Source: Scenedesmus sp. PABB004 (taxonomy: Eukaryota). Taken from it: a DNA stretch of 64,000 nt. The notes below the pieces were generated by a model that made no database searches, had not been told where the DNA came from, and was given only the letters and a program-made list of their open reading frames with translations. Shown here piece after piece: positions 48,208 through 59,467 of the stretch. How positions within the stretch are numbered: the stretch's first letter is position 1; each line of letters starts with the position of its first letter. The stretch is from contig JABVCE010000013.1 in assembly GCA_014905635.1 (NCBI GenBank), forward strand, positions 806,001 to 870,000. Direction: 5' to 3'. Both the position numbers and the translations under genes were made by a program.

Positions 48208-51200
48208 GGCGGGGGCCAAGGCCGGCGCGGCGGACGCCTCCCGGCCGAAGCCCAGCGGCGCCAGGGGCGCCAGCGCCGGCGCCGCCAGCAGCAGGCTGGG
48301 AGGCGCGCGCGCGCTGCCGGCGCTGCAGCGCGGGCCGGGCAGCGGCGCCAGCGGCGAGCCCGCCGCGCCGCTGCTGCCAGGCGGCATCAAGCCCGCCACG
48401 GACGACATGCGGCGCCGCGCGGAGGAGCGCCAGCGCAAGGGGCTGCTCGCGCAGCAGGGCCGCGCGGGCGGCGCCGCGCCGCTGCCCCGCGCGCCCAGCG
48501 ACGCGGCGCACCAGGCGGCCGCGCCGGCGCCAGCGCCGGCGCCCCCGCCGGCGCTGGCGGGCCCGCTGCGCAGCACTTTCAGCCTCAAGACCGCCATCGA
48601 CAGCATCAAGGTGCGGGCGCCGGCTCGGCCCGGGCGACGCCGCGCTTGGGAGGGCAGCGCGCGCAGCCCGCGCGCCGCCCGCGCGCCGCCCGCGCGCCGC
48701 CCGACGCGCCGCCCTCCGCCGCGGCGCAGCCGCAGCAGCGCGGAGACACGCCGTCGGACGACCCAGCCGAGCAGCACGAGCAGCCCGCCGCGCACGTGCC
48801 CGCGGCGCGCAAGTGCAGCACGGTCGCGCACGCGTACAGGCTGCAGATCGTGTGCGGCGACCAGGACGTGGTGCGCAGCAGCGGCGCGCCGCGCGCGCGG
48901 CGCGCTCGGCGGCGGGCCAGCACCGCTGGCCGCGGCGGCCGTGCCCGCCGGCGGGGCGGGGCGACCGAGCGCCCGGCGCCCGCGCCGCGTGGCGCGCGCA
49001 GGCGGTGGAGGTCAAGCCCGAGCTGTTTGGCGGCGCGCCGCTGCCGATGCTGCTGGAGCTGCACCACAGCACGTCGTACCTCGACGGCACGCTGCTCAAG
49101 CGCAACGCGATGGACAGCCGCGTCAGCAAGGAGAGCATGCACGCCGTCGGCGCCGACTTCAGCCGCGCGGTCGTGTACCTGCGCGAGCGCGCGCTCGGCA
49201 ACACCAACCGCAGCATGCCCCAGGTCGTGCGCGAGATGGTGCGGGGCAAGCAGTACCTGCGGCTCGCGGAGAACAAGCTGTCGATGTACCTCGCGCCCAT
49301 GCTGCGGACGCCTGAGGGCGGCAAGGAGCTGGTGGACTACGACCACGTGTGAGCCGCTCCACCGCGCCGCCCGCCCGCCCGCCTGACAGCGCGCGGCGCT
49401 GGCGCTCTGAACCGCGCGCCGGCGTGCGCCTGTGCGAGCGCTGGCCCCGGCCCAGCGCGCTCCCCTGACCCGGCGCGCCTCCCCGCGCCCCGCCGCGCAG
49501 CACGTTTGCGCCCGGCGAGGACGTCTTCGACCGCGTCTACGACGACCGCGTGGCCATGGTCAACTACGTCCGCCCCGGCGAGCAGGTCGTCAAGTTTGAC
49601 GCCGCCGAGGTGCTCGCGCTCGTCGCCTGTGACGCGGGCGAGCCCGCCGCAGCGCTGGACGCGCCGCCGCCCAAGTCGACGTGGAACCCCAGCGTCGTGG
49701 CCAAGAAGTCGAGCCTCAAGGGCAGCGGCAGCAGCGGCGTGGCGGCGGCGGCGGTGAGCGCACGGGCGTGCGCTGGAAGGGAGACCTGCGCCGGCGCGTG
49801 CGGCTGGAGCAGCCCAGCGCAGCGCACGCACGGGGCCGCGCCCGCCCGGGCCCGCGCCAAGCCCGCCCCCTGGCGCCGCCCTGCCCCGCTCGCGCCCGCC
49901 CGCTGCGCGCAGGCGGCGGCTTCGGTCGTCGCGCCGCCCGCGCCGGCCGTGGCGCCTGTGGCGGCGTTCATGGCGGACGACGACGACTTCCTGGCCGACG
50001 ACGCGGGCGTCATCGGCGGCATCGGCGCCTTTGGCGGCGTGCGCATCGACGGCGGCGTCGGCGGCGGCGGAGGTGACGGCGGCGGCGGCGGCGGCTTCAT
50101 GGGCGACGACAGCTTCGTGGACGCCGGCCCCCACGCCCACGCCCGCAACGGCCACGCGCCGGCCCTCGGCAGGCTCTACACCCCCACCGCGCCGCTGCCG
50201 GCGGCGCTGCCGCAGCCTGCGGAGCCACCCCCGCAGGACCACCGGGCGCCGATCACGCCCGAGCAGGACCACCAGCCGCTGCCGCTGGCGCGCGAGACGA
50301 GCCTGATCAGCGGCGGCCTCATCGAGCGCGCGCTGCGCCGGCCCGCCGGCGCGCCACCGATGACGCCTTGGCGCGCGCTGTGTGACCGCATCAACGCGCA
50401 CGGCCTCAACATCGCGGTGCACGTCGACGCGTCGCTTCACGCCGACCAGGTGCGCGCTCCCACGAGGGTCAGGCGGGTGGGCGGGTGGGTCGACGGGTGT
50501 GCGGGGAGCGAGCCGCCGCGCGTGCGCAGTGCGGGGCCGCCGCCCAACGAGACCTCGCCGCCGCGATCTTGGCGCCCGCGCGCGCAGCTGGCCGGCCTGC
50601 CCGAGTGGCTGCGGAGCCGCGGCGCGACGGTGACCTTCCAGGTCGCGGGCGCGCCGGCGCCGCCGGCAGACGGCGTCGACGTGCTGCTCGTGAGCGCCGC
50701 GCACGTGCACGACCAAGGCATGGAGGGGCCCAAGGCGTCGCTCGCCGTCAACAAGTTCCTGGCAGAGGGCGCGGTCGTGCTGACGGAGGCCTTCATGCAG
50801 AAGCTGAGGCACACGACCGGCGCGTTGCGACAGGACATGGCCGAGCACGCGGGCCAGGGCCACATGCAGTTCTTCTCGCATGGTGCGGAAGGGAGCGCAG
50901 CCGTGTCTTGCGCGGCCGCGTGCCTAGCCGCGTGCTTGCGCGTCGGCCGCCGACATGCGCCGTTTGGTGAGCGCCGCGCCCGCGTGCCGCCACGCACCAA
51001 CCCGCCGTGCAGGCGTGCACCTGCTGCTTGACGACACGCTGGTGCGCAGCCTGCCGCTAGAGCAGCTCAAGGCGCTCATGCGCGCGTTGGAAACGGCGGC
51101 GGCGCGCGACGTGCCGCGCGACCGCCCCGCGTTCAAAGCGTACGTGCGCGACAAGGCGGCGCGCAAGCAGCTCGCCGCGCACGTGGCGGGCTCGGCGGCG

Positions 51201-51572
51201 GGCATGTTGGAGGAGTTGCCCGCCTCGTTTCGGAGTTCGAGCCGCGCCGCCGACTCGCCGGCGGTCATCCGCGACGCGGCCAAGGTGCGGCGCGCGTTCA
51301 GGCGGCGATGCGGAGCCGCCAGATCGCATCCGGACGCCGCGTTGAGCACGCGTGCGCCGCCGCCGTCCCCCGCGCAGGCGATCCACAACCTGACCAAGCG
51401 CGGCGACGCGCTGCGCTTCATGGTCGTCGTTGTGCCGGACCCCTCGACTCCCGGGCTGAGCGCGGCGGACGTGGAGCACATCAACAACGTGCTGCGCTGC
51501 GGCTACCAGCAAAAGACGATCTTCACTGCGACGAGCAGCCAGGCGATTGAGTTCCTCAACGCGCTGAAGTGA
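46853..51572 (+). CDS. Large uncharacterised ADD/PHD-like Zn-finger protein (paralog B) with putative SPOC-like and C-terminal TASOR/Chp1-like domains; multi-exon
   Basis: Spliced N-terminus CEICARLGDCIPCANAQWCKSGRCPIC...FTCESC; K/P/A-rich linker with basic NLS-like patches; globular exons at about 48790-49680 and 50360-51572. Confidence 0.65.
48146..48205 (+). repeat. (CAG)20 repeat encoding Q20
   Basis: Counted from the sequence. Confidence 0.95.
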
Positions 51573-51995
51573 GCGCCGCGACGGCGTCCCGGGCGGGAGT
51601 CGTGCGGCGGCGGGCGGCGGCACCTTGCGGTCGCTCGTCGCTCGCGCGGCGTGTGTTTTTTGACGTGACAGTGTGCCGCACGCATTGCGGCTTAGCTCCC
51701 GCGCCCACCGGCTTGGGATGTTGGGGCGCGCACGCGCTCGACAGGGGCGCCGGGTTGGCAAAACGTGCGAGCAACGAGCGTGTACATGCAAGCATCTTTC
51801 GACGCACGACTGCCTAGAGAGAGCGCGGCGGCAGCAGGGTGTAGATAGGTGAACACTTTGCGGGTGTTTCATGGCGGCGGCGGCGTGGTGACGGCGGTGT
51901 CGGCGGGTGCGTTGTGACGTCGTACGAAACGAGAAAAGATAACGCCAACCGCGGCGCATGTTGCAGCGCCGCCTTCATAGTCGCGTTGGCGTTCG

Positions 51996-53138
51996 TCAGC
52001 GTCCGCTCGCGCCGGCCGCCGCCGCGACGAGGCCCTCGATCAGCGCCAGCACCTCGCCCCGCATCGCCGCGACCGCGGCGGGCGTGATCGCTCGCATCCT
52101 CGCCGCCTCGTCCGCGCGGCCCTCGGCGCCGCCCGCTGCAAGCAGTTCGACCAGCGCGCGCGCGACCGCGAGCACGTACACGCCGCAGTCGTTGGCGTTC
52201 GCCTGCCGCGGCACCGCCTCGACCTCGACGAACTGCGGCAGCGCCACGTCCACCGGCCCGCCGCCGCTGCCGCTGCCGTGAGGCGGCCGGCCGCGCACGA
52301 GCGGCGCCGCCGCGCCCGCGAGCGCGCGCGCGGCGTCGCGGTTGTGCGGCGGCGCAGAGTCGTAGTGCCGGAAGGTGTTGGAGGGCCGGTGGTACGCTAG
52401 GCAGCTCCTGCGCACCGGCCACGGGGCACCCGTGGCCTCGCGCGGGGACCGCGGCGCGCGTGCGGCGGCGGCGCCGCTGCCCAGCGCGCGTCGCAGGTTG
52501 TGATGCTCACCAGTGCGAGCCGCCCGCCGCGGCCTCCACGTCCGGGTTGTCGTTGACCGCAAAGATCACCAGCTCCATTTCGTGCAGCCGCAGCGCGCCG
52601 CAAAACAGCGCGGCCTCGCTCGGGTCTGCACGGGCGCGGGGCGCGGCTCGGCGGCGGCGCGCCGGTTGCGGCGGTCAGCCGGCTCGCCGCCGCACCACTG
52701 TTGGCCAGCAGGTAGCTCATCGCGCCCGGCACCAGCGCGACGGCGCCGTCCAGCTGCGGGTGCGCCTCGCGTGCGAGCCACTCGAAGTAGAACGCGATGA
52801 CCTGTGCGTGCCCGCGCGCCGCGGCGGGCTGGCGACCCCCGGCGCGCGCGGCGCGGCGCCGGGCGCGGCGCGGCGCCGGGCGCGGCGCGGCGCCGCGCCT
52901 GGTCGTTCAGCCAGTGCGGGCCGCGCAGCAGGTCCAGGTCGGCGTGCCGCAGCAGGACGTCGTGGAAGCTCAGCGCCGGCCGCTCCGGCCCCTGCGCGCG
53001 CAGCAGCAAGCGGCGCGCTTCACTGGTCGCCGTCGGCTTTGCCGGCGCCGCCGCGCACGCTCACGCTGCAGCCCGCCGCTGGGCAGGCGCTCGCCACACC
53101 TGGCGCGTCGCCGCCGCGCGGCGGCCGGCGGCCGCCAT
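51996..53138 (-). CDS. SENP8: NEDD8-specific protease DEN1/SENP8 (Ulp1/C48 family), spliced
   Basis: LSFHDVLLRHADLDLLRGPHWLNDQVIAFYFE, IFAVNDNPDVEAAAGGSHWS, FRHYDS, PRQANANDCGVYVL (His-Asp-Cys triad). Confidence 0.92.
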
Positions 53139-53476
53139 CGCGCGACGCGCTGCTGCGGCGCCGCCCGCCCTGCGGAGGCGGACGCGTGCTGTCGCGAGCA
53201 GCGAGCGATGGAGCAGCGGGCGCCAGTGATCTGCGAGGAGACCCTTGCCTTGAAGCCTTCAACCAGGCGCAGTCAAGCTGGAGCGCTCAGCGCTGCGCTT
53301 GCGCCCTGAGCCCTGGGGTGCGCCCGCCTGCCGGCGCGCGCGCTCCTGCACGCCACAGGCGGTGCGCTGCGGCCGGTGGGGAGCGCGGTTGCGGCGCGGC
53401 CGCAGAGTCACCCGGCGGGCGGCGGGCGCTGCTGCTGCCGGCGCTGCCGCCGGGCCGCCGCTGCCTGGCGAAGGCA

Positions 53477-54355
53477 ATGGCGCCCCGCTCCCGGGCGCTG
53501 GCGGCGCTCTGGCTGGCGCTGCTGCTGACCGGGAGCAGCGCGTCGGCCGGCGGGTGAGGCGGCCGCAGCGCTGCCAGCGCTGCCGGGCGGCGCCCCGACC
53601 TCCACCGCCGCCGCCGCCGCGGCAGGGCGGTGCTGAGCCCCACGGTCATGGTCAACGGCTTCGGCGACCTCGAGGGCGCGGTGCCGGGCAGCGCGCTGCC
53701 GGTGTGCGCGTGGAGCGTCGACCGCGCTCGCGAGTTTGGTGACGCCGTGAGCTTCGCACTCGCCGTCTTCCCCATGGCGCCCGACAGGGCCACGCTGGAC
53801 GGCTGGACCTACAAGGACGCCGGCGGCGGCCACGTGCCCGCGAGCGCCGAGTCGGTGTCGCGCTGGCGGCGCGGCCTCGCGGCGTGCTTTGCCCACGCGG
53901 TCGCGCGCGGCTTCACGCGCCTGCACGTGCTCGGCCACTGGGACCCGCTGCACCCGGTGCTGCTGCGCCCCACGAGCTGGCGCAACCTCGTCGACTTTGC
54001 GCCGCGCCAAGCGGCCGGCGGCTGGTCGTACGAAGCAGTCATGGTCAAGCCGGTCGTGGCGGCGCTGAACGAGGCCCTCGGCGGCGGCGGCAGCGGCGGC
54101 GGCAGCGGGCGCGGCGGCGGCGGCAGCGGGCGCGGCGGCGGCGGCGGCGGGGGACGGGGGGTGGAGGTCTGGTTCAGCGTCAGCGGCGAGATGGGCCTGT
54201 CAAACTTCCTGCATGCGCGCGCATGGGCCGCGGTGCTGGCCGAGACACGGCGCGCGCTCGCGGCGCGGCCCTGGAAGGTGTGCGGGCGCCTGGCGCGCCT
54301 GGTGCGCCTGGCGCGGCGCGCGCGCCAGTGGCGGCACCGACCTGACCGCTCGCTT

Positions 54356-54401
<46 letters not shown>

Positions 54402-55629
54402 CGGCGCAGGCCGTCAAGGTCGCGGCCGCGCTGAACTGGCAGATGTTCTGCGGCTGCGTCGCCGCGGCGGACCCCGCGCCGGGGAGCTTCGACCCGATCC
54501 GCTACAACGCCAGCTTTGCGGCCGAGTTTGCCAAGGTCCAGCAGTACGCACTCCCGTATGTGCCCGACTTCAAGGCGCGCGCGCTCTGCGCCACGCCGTG
54601 ACGCGCCGCGCCGCACCGCGCCGCACCGCGCCGCGCCGCGCCGTGACGCGCCGCGCCGTGACGCGCCCGCGCGCCGCCTCGCCCGCGCCCGCGCGCGCAG
54701 GCGCTGCTGGACGCCGGCGACTACATCGGAGTGAGGTGCGCCCGCCCGCCCGGCGCGCCCGGGCGCCGCGTGGTGCGCGCGCGCGGCCCCCGCCCGCCCG
54801 CCCCCCACGCGGCCCCGCGGCGCCTGCCACCGCCGCCGGGCGCGCCGCAGCGGCTACGGCTCGTGGGCGCGCGCGTACCCGCCGGGCGCCGCGCGCCGCC
54901 TGCGCGCGCGCGACGTGGAGGTGCCGCTGCAGACGCTCGCGGCCGAGCTGTCCCACTTTGGTCTGTCGCTGCCCGCGCTCAGCCGCGGCAAGCCTGTCAT
55001 CTACGTGGAGCACGGCCTCGGCGGCGTGCTGCGCTACGGCCTGCTGCCCGCGCCCGACCTGGCGACAGTGGCGCGCTACCCCTTTAGCGGCAACTGGTGC
55101 GGCCGCCGCCGCGGCGCACCGGCGCACCCCGTGTGGTCGCGGCCGGCGCACGCTGCGCGCCGCGCCGCGCGCGCGCAGGCCGCACGACGGCTACAGCCGA
55201 GACGTCGACCCGTGGCTGCGTCCCGAGTTCAAGCAGTACCGGTGCGGCGGGGCGGCGGCTGCAGCTGGCAGGCCGCGTCGCCCGCGCTGGCCAGTGCCGG
55301 CTGCGCGGCGGCTCACCGCTGCCGCCGGTGCCGCGCAGGCGCGACTTTTACCGGGCCACGCTTGACCTGCTGCAGCAGGGAGGGGGGCAGTACAAGCTGG
55401 ACGGTGCGCGGCGCGCGTGGGCCGCCCCAGCACGCGGCAGCGGCTGCGCGGCTGGCCCGCGCACCCCGCCCACTCCGCGCCCACGCCGTCCCGCCCAGCC
55501 GCGTACGTCTGGAGCGTCGGAAGCTTTGACCTTTTTGGCGTCCACCCCGTCTCGACGAGCGCGGCGGGCAGCTTCGCCGACCCCGTGATCGGCGGCTGGG
55601 CGAAGGCGGCCAACGGCGCCACACGCTGA
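53477..55629 (+). CDS. Secreted protein, putative clan GH-A-like TIM-barrel glycoside hydrolase (spliced)
   Basis: Signal peptide MAPRSRALAALWLALLLTGSSASA; motifs WFSVSGEMG, AALNW, DYIGVSGY, KPVIYVEHGLGG, AYVWS. Confidence 0.55.
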
Positions 55630-55740
55630 CAGCCGCGCGCTGAGCCGGCGGCGGGCGTCGTCCGCGGTGGGGAACTCAACGACGGTGTGGTGCCCAACAC
55701 AACCCACTGATACGGGCCGCATGGCCGGTGGCGGCTGAAT

Positions 55741-55745
55741 TGTAA
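55741..55745 (+). terminator. TGTAA chlorophyte polyadenylation signal
   Basis: About 110 nt downstream of the stop at 55629. Confidence 0.6.
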
Positions 55746-56217
55746 TGACCGCGGGGCGGCGCGCCGCGGCGCAGTGACATGGTACTAGCACCCGCGGCAC
55801 CACCGCCCGCTCTGCCCCTCCGCCCGTTTTGCCGCCCGCACAGCGCCGCTCCTCACCGCGCCCGCTGCGCCCTCTGCGCCCGCGTCTGGCGCCCGCGGCT
55901 GGCGCACCGCGCCGCCGCTGCTCGCGCCCGCTGCGCCGCGCACAGGCCCCGAGCGCAGCCGCTGGCAGGCGCACATCTTCGTGATCGTCTCGGCAGCTCC
56001 GACCAGCAGCTCCGCGGCAGCTGGGTCGGCGTAGCACCGCCGGTGTGAGGGCGGCTGCTCGCAGCCCTCGCCGGCCGTGCCTGCGCGCCGCAGGCCAGCG
56101 CAGGCGAGGCAGCCGGTCGCGAGCGATGGGCCGGCCGCGGTGAGGCGGTGAGGGGCGAGCGGCGAGGCGGAGCAGGTCGCGAGATCGGGTCGCGCGCGCG
56201 GCGCGAAGGGCGGCGCG

Positions 56218-56881
56218 ATGAGCGGCGGCGGCGAGGGCGACGAGCGCGGCGTGCTGGAGGCGAGCCCCGGCGCGATCGCCGTCGTGGTCACCTTCTTCCT
56301 GCTGGTGCGCCGCCGCCCGCTGCTGTCTGCCGGCCGCGCGCGCGCGCGCCGCGCCGCCCGACCACCGCTGCGTTCGGGCGCAGGTGACGCTGGGCATCGA
56401 GCGCGGGCTGCACTGCGCCAAGGCCGCGCTCGCGCGGCGGCGCAAGGTCGGCCTGCTCGCCGCGCTCACCAACCTCGCGAACGAGCTCATGCTTCTTGGG
56501 GTCGCCAGCCTCCTGCTCACGGCGCTCGAGCCCGTCGCGACGCGCATCTGCATGCCGGCCGCGGGGCAGATGACGCCGTGGCTGTCCAACGTGCACGGCT
56601 GCGCCTGCTGCCTCGCGCGCACGAGCGGAGTCACAAAGTGCTTCCTCGAGGTGCGCGGCACCCGCGCGCGCCGCCCCGGGGCGCCGCTGCGCTCGTCGCC
56701 GCGCACGCGTCGCCGGGCGCGCGCCGGCCGACCCGCCGCCGCCGCGCAGGATCGGAAGTGCCCCGCCGACCTCGCGGCGCGGTGCGGCGTCGGCGACGGC
56801 TCGCACGCGCCGCTGGCGCTCGTGAAGCACCTGAAGTACGTGAAGCCCGGCAACGACACCGCCGGCGGCGGCGGCGGTGCC

Positions 56882-56920
<39 letters not shown>

Positions 56921-59065
56921 CACGCGGCGGGGCGGCGGCGCCTCGCGGCGTCGCCGGCGCTGACGCATGCCGACTATGAGTACGACGAGATTACCTGCAA
57001 CGGCATGGTCGAGGTGCGGCCGCGGCGCGGCGCGGCCCGCAGCGTGGCGCGCGGCCCGCAGCGCGGCGCGGCCCGCAGCGCGGCGCGGCGCGGCCCGCAG
57101 CGCGGCGCGGCCGTGCGCGTGTGCGCGCGCCGTGCCCCGCCCACTGCCGGCGGCGCCGCAGGACGGGTACGAGGAGTGCGGGTACCGCCGCGGCTACGCG
57201 CCGGTGGTGACGGAGCAGATCCTGGAGCAGGTGACGCCGGGTGGCCGGGCGGGCGGCCGGGCGGCGGGGCGCGGGCGCGGGCGCGGGCGTGGCACGCGGC
57301 GGCCCATCCGTGGTGCAGCGGCCACCCCTCCAGACACACAGCGAGCCTGAACCCTGAACCCTGAACCCTGAACCCAGGTCCACATGCTGCTCTTCACCAT
57401 GGGCGTCACCCACATCGCCATCGCCGCGCTCGTGCTGCTGCTGTCGACGCTGCGCCTCCGCCGCTGGGCCCGCGCGGGCGGCGGCGCGGGCGAGGACGCG
57501 CTGGCGCGCGCCGCGCTCGCGCTGGCGCCGCCGCCGGCGCCGCCGGCCGGCGCCGCCAAGGGCGGCGCCGCGCCGCCGCCGTCGCCCGACGTGCCGCCTG
57601 GGGGCGCGCCGAGGGGCGCGGGCGCGCCAGAGGTCGTGGTGCTGACCGGCGACCAGGCCGCCGCGGGGGCGCCGCAGCCGCTGGCGCTGCGGCCCTGGCG
57701 CGGCCGCCCCGAGACGCTGGCCGGCGCGGGCGCGTGGGCGCGCGAGCTCGGCGTCGTCACGCTGCGCCAGGTCGGCGTGCTGCTGCACCCGGGGCTCACG
57801 CGCGAGGAGTACGCTGTGCACCGCGCCACCTGGTACGCAACGCACGCCGAGGCGATAGGGCACGCGCGGGCGGCCGCGGCGGCCGCGGCGTCGGCGGCCG
57901 CGGCGTCGGCGGCCGCGTCGGCGGCGTCGGTGGCCGCCACGGCCGCGGCGTCGGCGGCCGCGGCGTCGGCGGCGTCGGCGTCGGCGGCGTCGGCGGCCGC
58001 GGCGTCGGCGGCCGCGGCCGCGGCGGCCGTGGCGGCTGCGGCGGCGCGCCAGCCGTCCCTGCCCCCGGCCGGCGGCGCGCCGGCGGCCAAGGGGCTGGAG
58101 CTGGAGCTCGCGCCGCAGCACACCGCGCCCAGCGCGGCCGGCGACGCCGCGCTCGTGGCGGACGCGGGCGCGCCGGCACCGCCGGCCGCCGGCGCGGCGG
58201 GCGGCGGCGGCGGCAAGGCCGGCCCCGGGGGCGCGCTCGACGGCGACGGGGACGCGGGGGACGCGGCAGCGGGGCTGTACGCGCCGTACCTCCTGGAGAT
58301 GCTGGAGCGCTCTGGCGCGGGCGTCGTGGGCCTGGGGCTGTCCATGTGGCTGCTGCTTATCTGCTTCTCCCTGCTGTCGGGTGCGGCGGCGCACCGGCGG
58401 GGCGCCGCGGCGCCCCGCCCGCCGCCCGCCGCGCGCGCCGGACGGAGCCCGCCGCCGCCACCGCGTGCAGGCGTGACCGGCTGGGCGACCTGGCTGCTCC
58501 TCGTCGCGGCCGGCGCGCTTGAGCTCATGCTGAACGTCGCGCTGGTCGTCGGCGCGCGTCTCGCGACGCGCGGCGGCGCGGTGCGCCCCGGCGCGGCGCC
58601 GCCGCTGCGCGTGCTGCGCTCGCGGGGGCTCGTCATGGGGTCCATCAAGCTGCTGCTCTTTGCCGAGGCGTTTGCAATCTCAAACAGCATCTTCTTTGCA
58701 GCCTTCTTTGGTCCCAACAGTTGTTTCTTCTCGCGCACGGGTGCGCGCTCGCGCGGGGCCGGCGCGCGCTGCGGCGGCCGCGCGAGAGGCGCGCGCTCGC
58801 CCGCCCGCAGCCCCGCTGCTCGCCGCCGCGCTCACGGCGGCGCCCGGGCGCCCCGCGCGCAGGCTTCCAGCGCGCGCCCATCGCGTGGTGGGGCGTCATG
58901 CTGCTCGACATCTTCATGCTCCTCGCGCTCGGGCTGTTCTCGCTGCCGGTCGCGGCCGTGATGCTCGTCGCCGCCGCGCCGCTCGACGCCGCGCTGCTCG
59001 CGCAGGTGGCCGAGGAGCGCGCGGGCGTGCCGCGCGCGCGCGAGGCGGCGCCGGCGGCGCACTGA
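56218..59065 (+). CDS. MLO: MLO-like seven-transmembrane protein (spliced)
   Basis: LEASPGAIAVVVTFFLLVTLGIERGLH, LLAALTNLANELMLLGVASLLL, RIC, C..GYAPVVT..ILEQVHMLLF..GVTH, LRLRRW, LLFAEAF...FGPNSCFF. Confidence 0.88.
57346..57375. repeat. Telomere-like (CCCTGAA)n, about 4 units, abutting an MLO intron acceptor
   Basis: cctgaaccctgaaccctgaaccctgaaccc followed by ag|GTC. Confidence 0.85.
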
Positions 59066-59467
59066 GCGCGGCCGGCGGCGGCGCACCGGGGGCGGGCAGC
59101 GGGGCCGCGGGGCTGCCGTGAGGCAGGCGTTGAAACATCAGGCCTGAGGCACTGACGCCACCGGCGGCGCACCGAGGCCGGGCGGCGGCGCCGCCGCGCG
59201 CGACGCTGTGGCTGGGGCGCAGCGCGGCGGTGCACCGCCGGCCGGGGCCAGCCGCGCGGCGCCCGCGCCTCTGCCGCCACCGCATCGTGCTCCGGCGCAC
59301 TCCCGCCGATCCACAACCGCACCCCGCACGGCTCGCTGCGAGCACGCGGAGCGCACAACGAGAGCGGGCCGGGCCTCTCGTGAGCCGAGCTCAGCGCGGC
59401 CGGGGCAGCGGTGGGCAGCGTTCGACGCTCGGCCGGCATCTGAGCGCCCCGGGTGGGCGGGCGCGCC

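Noticed and set aside
54851..54915. Suspected frameshift in the GH-like gene
   Set aside because: Codon-by-codon reading shows a continuous frame (SGYGSWARAYPPG...)
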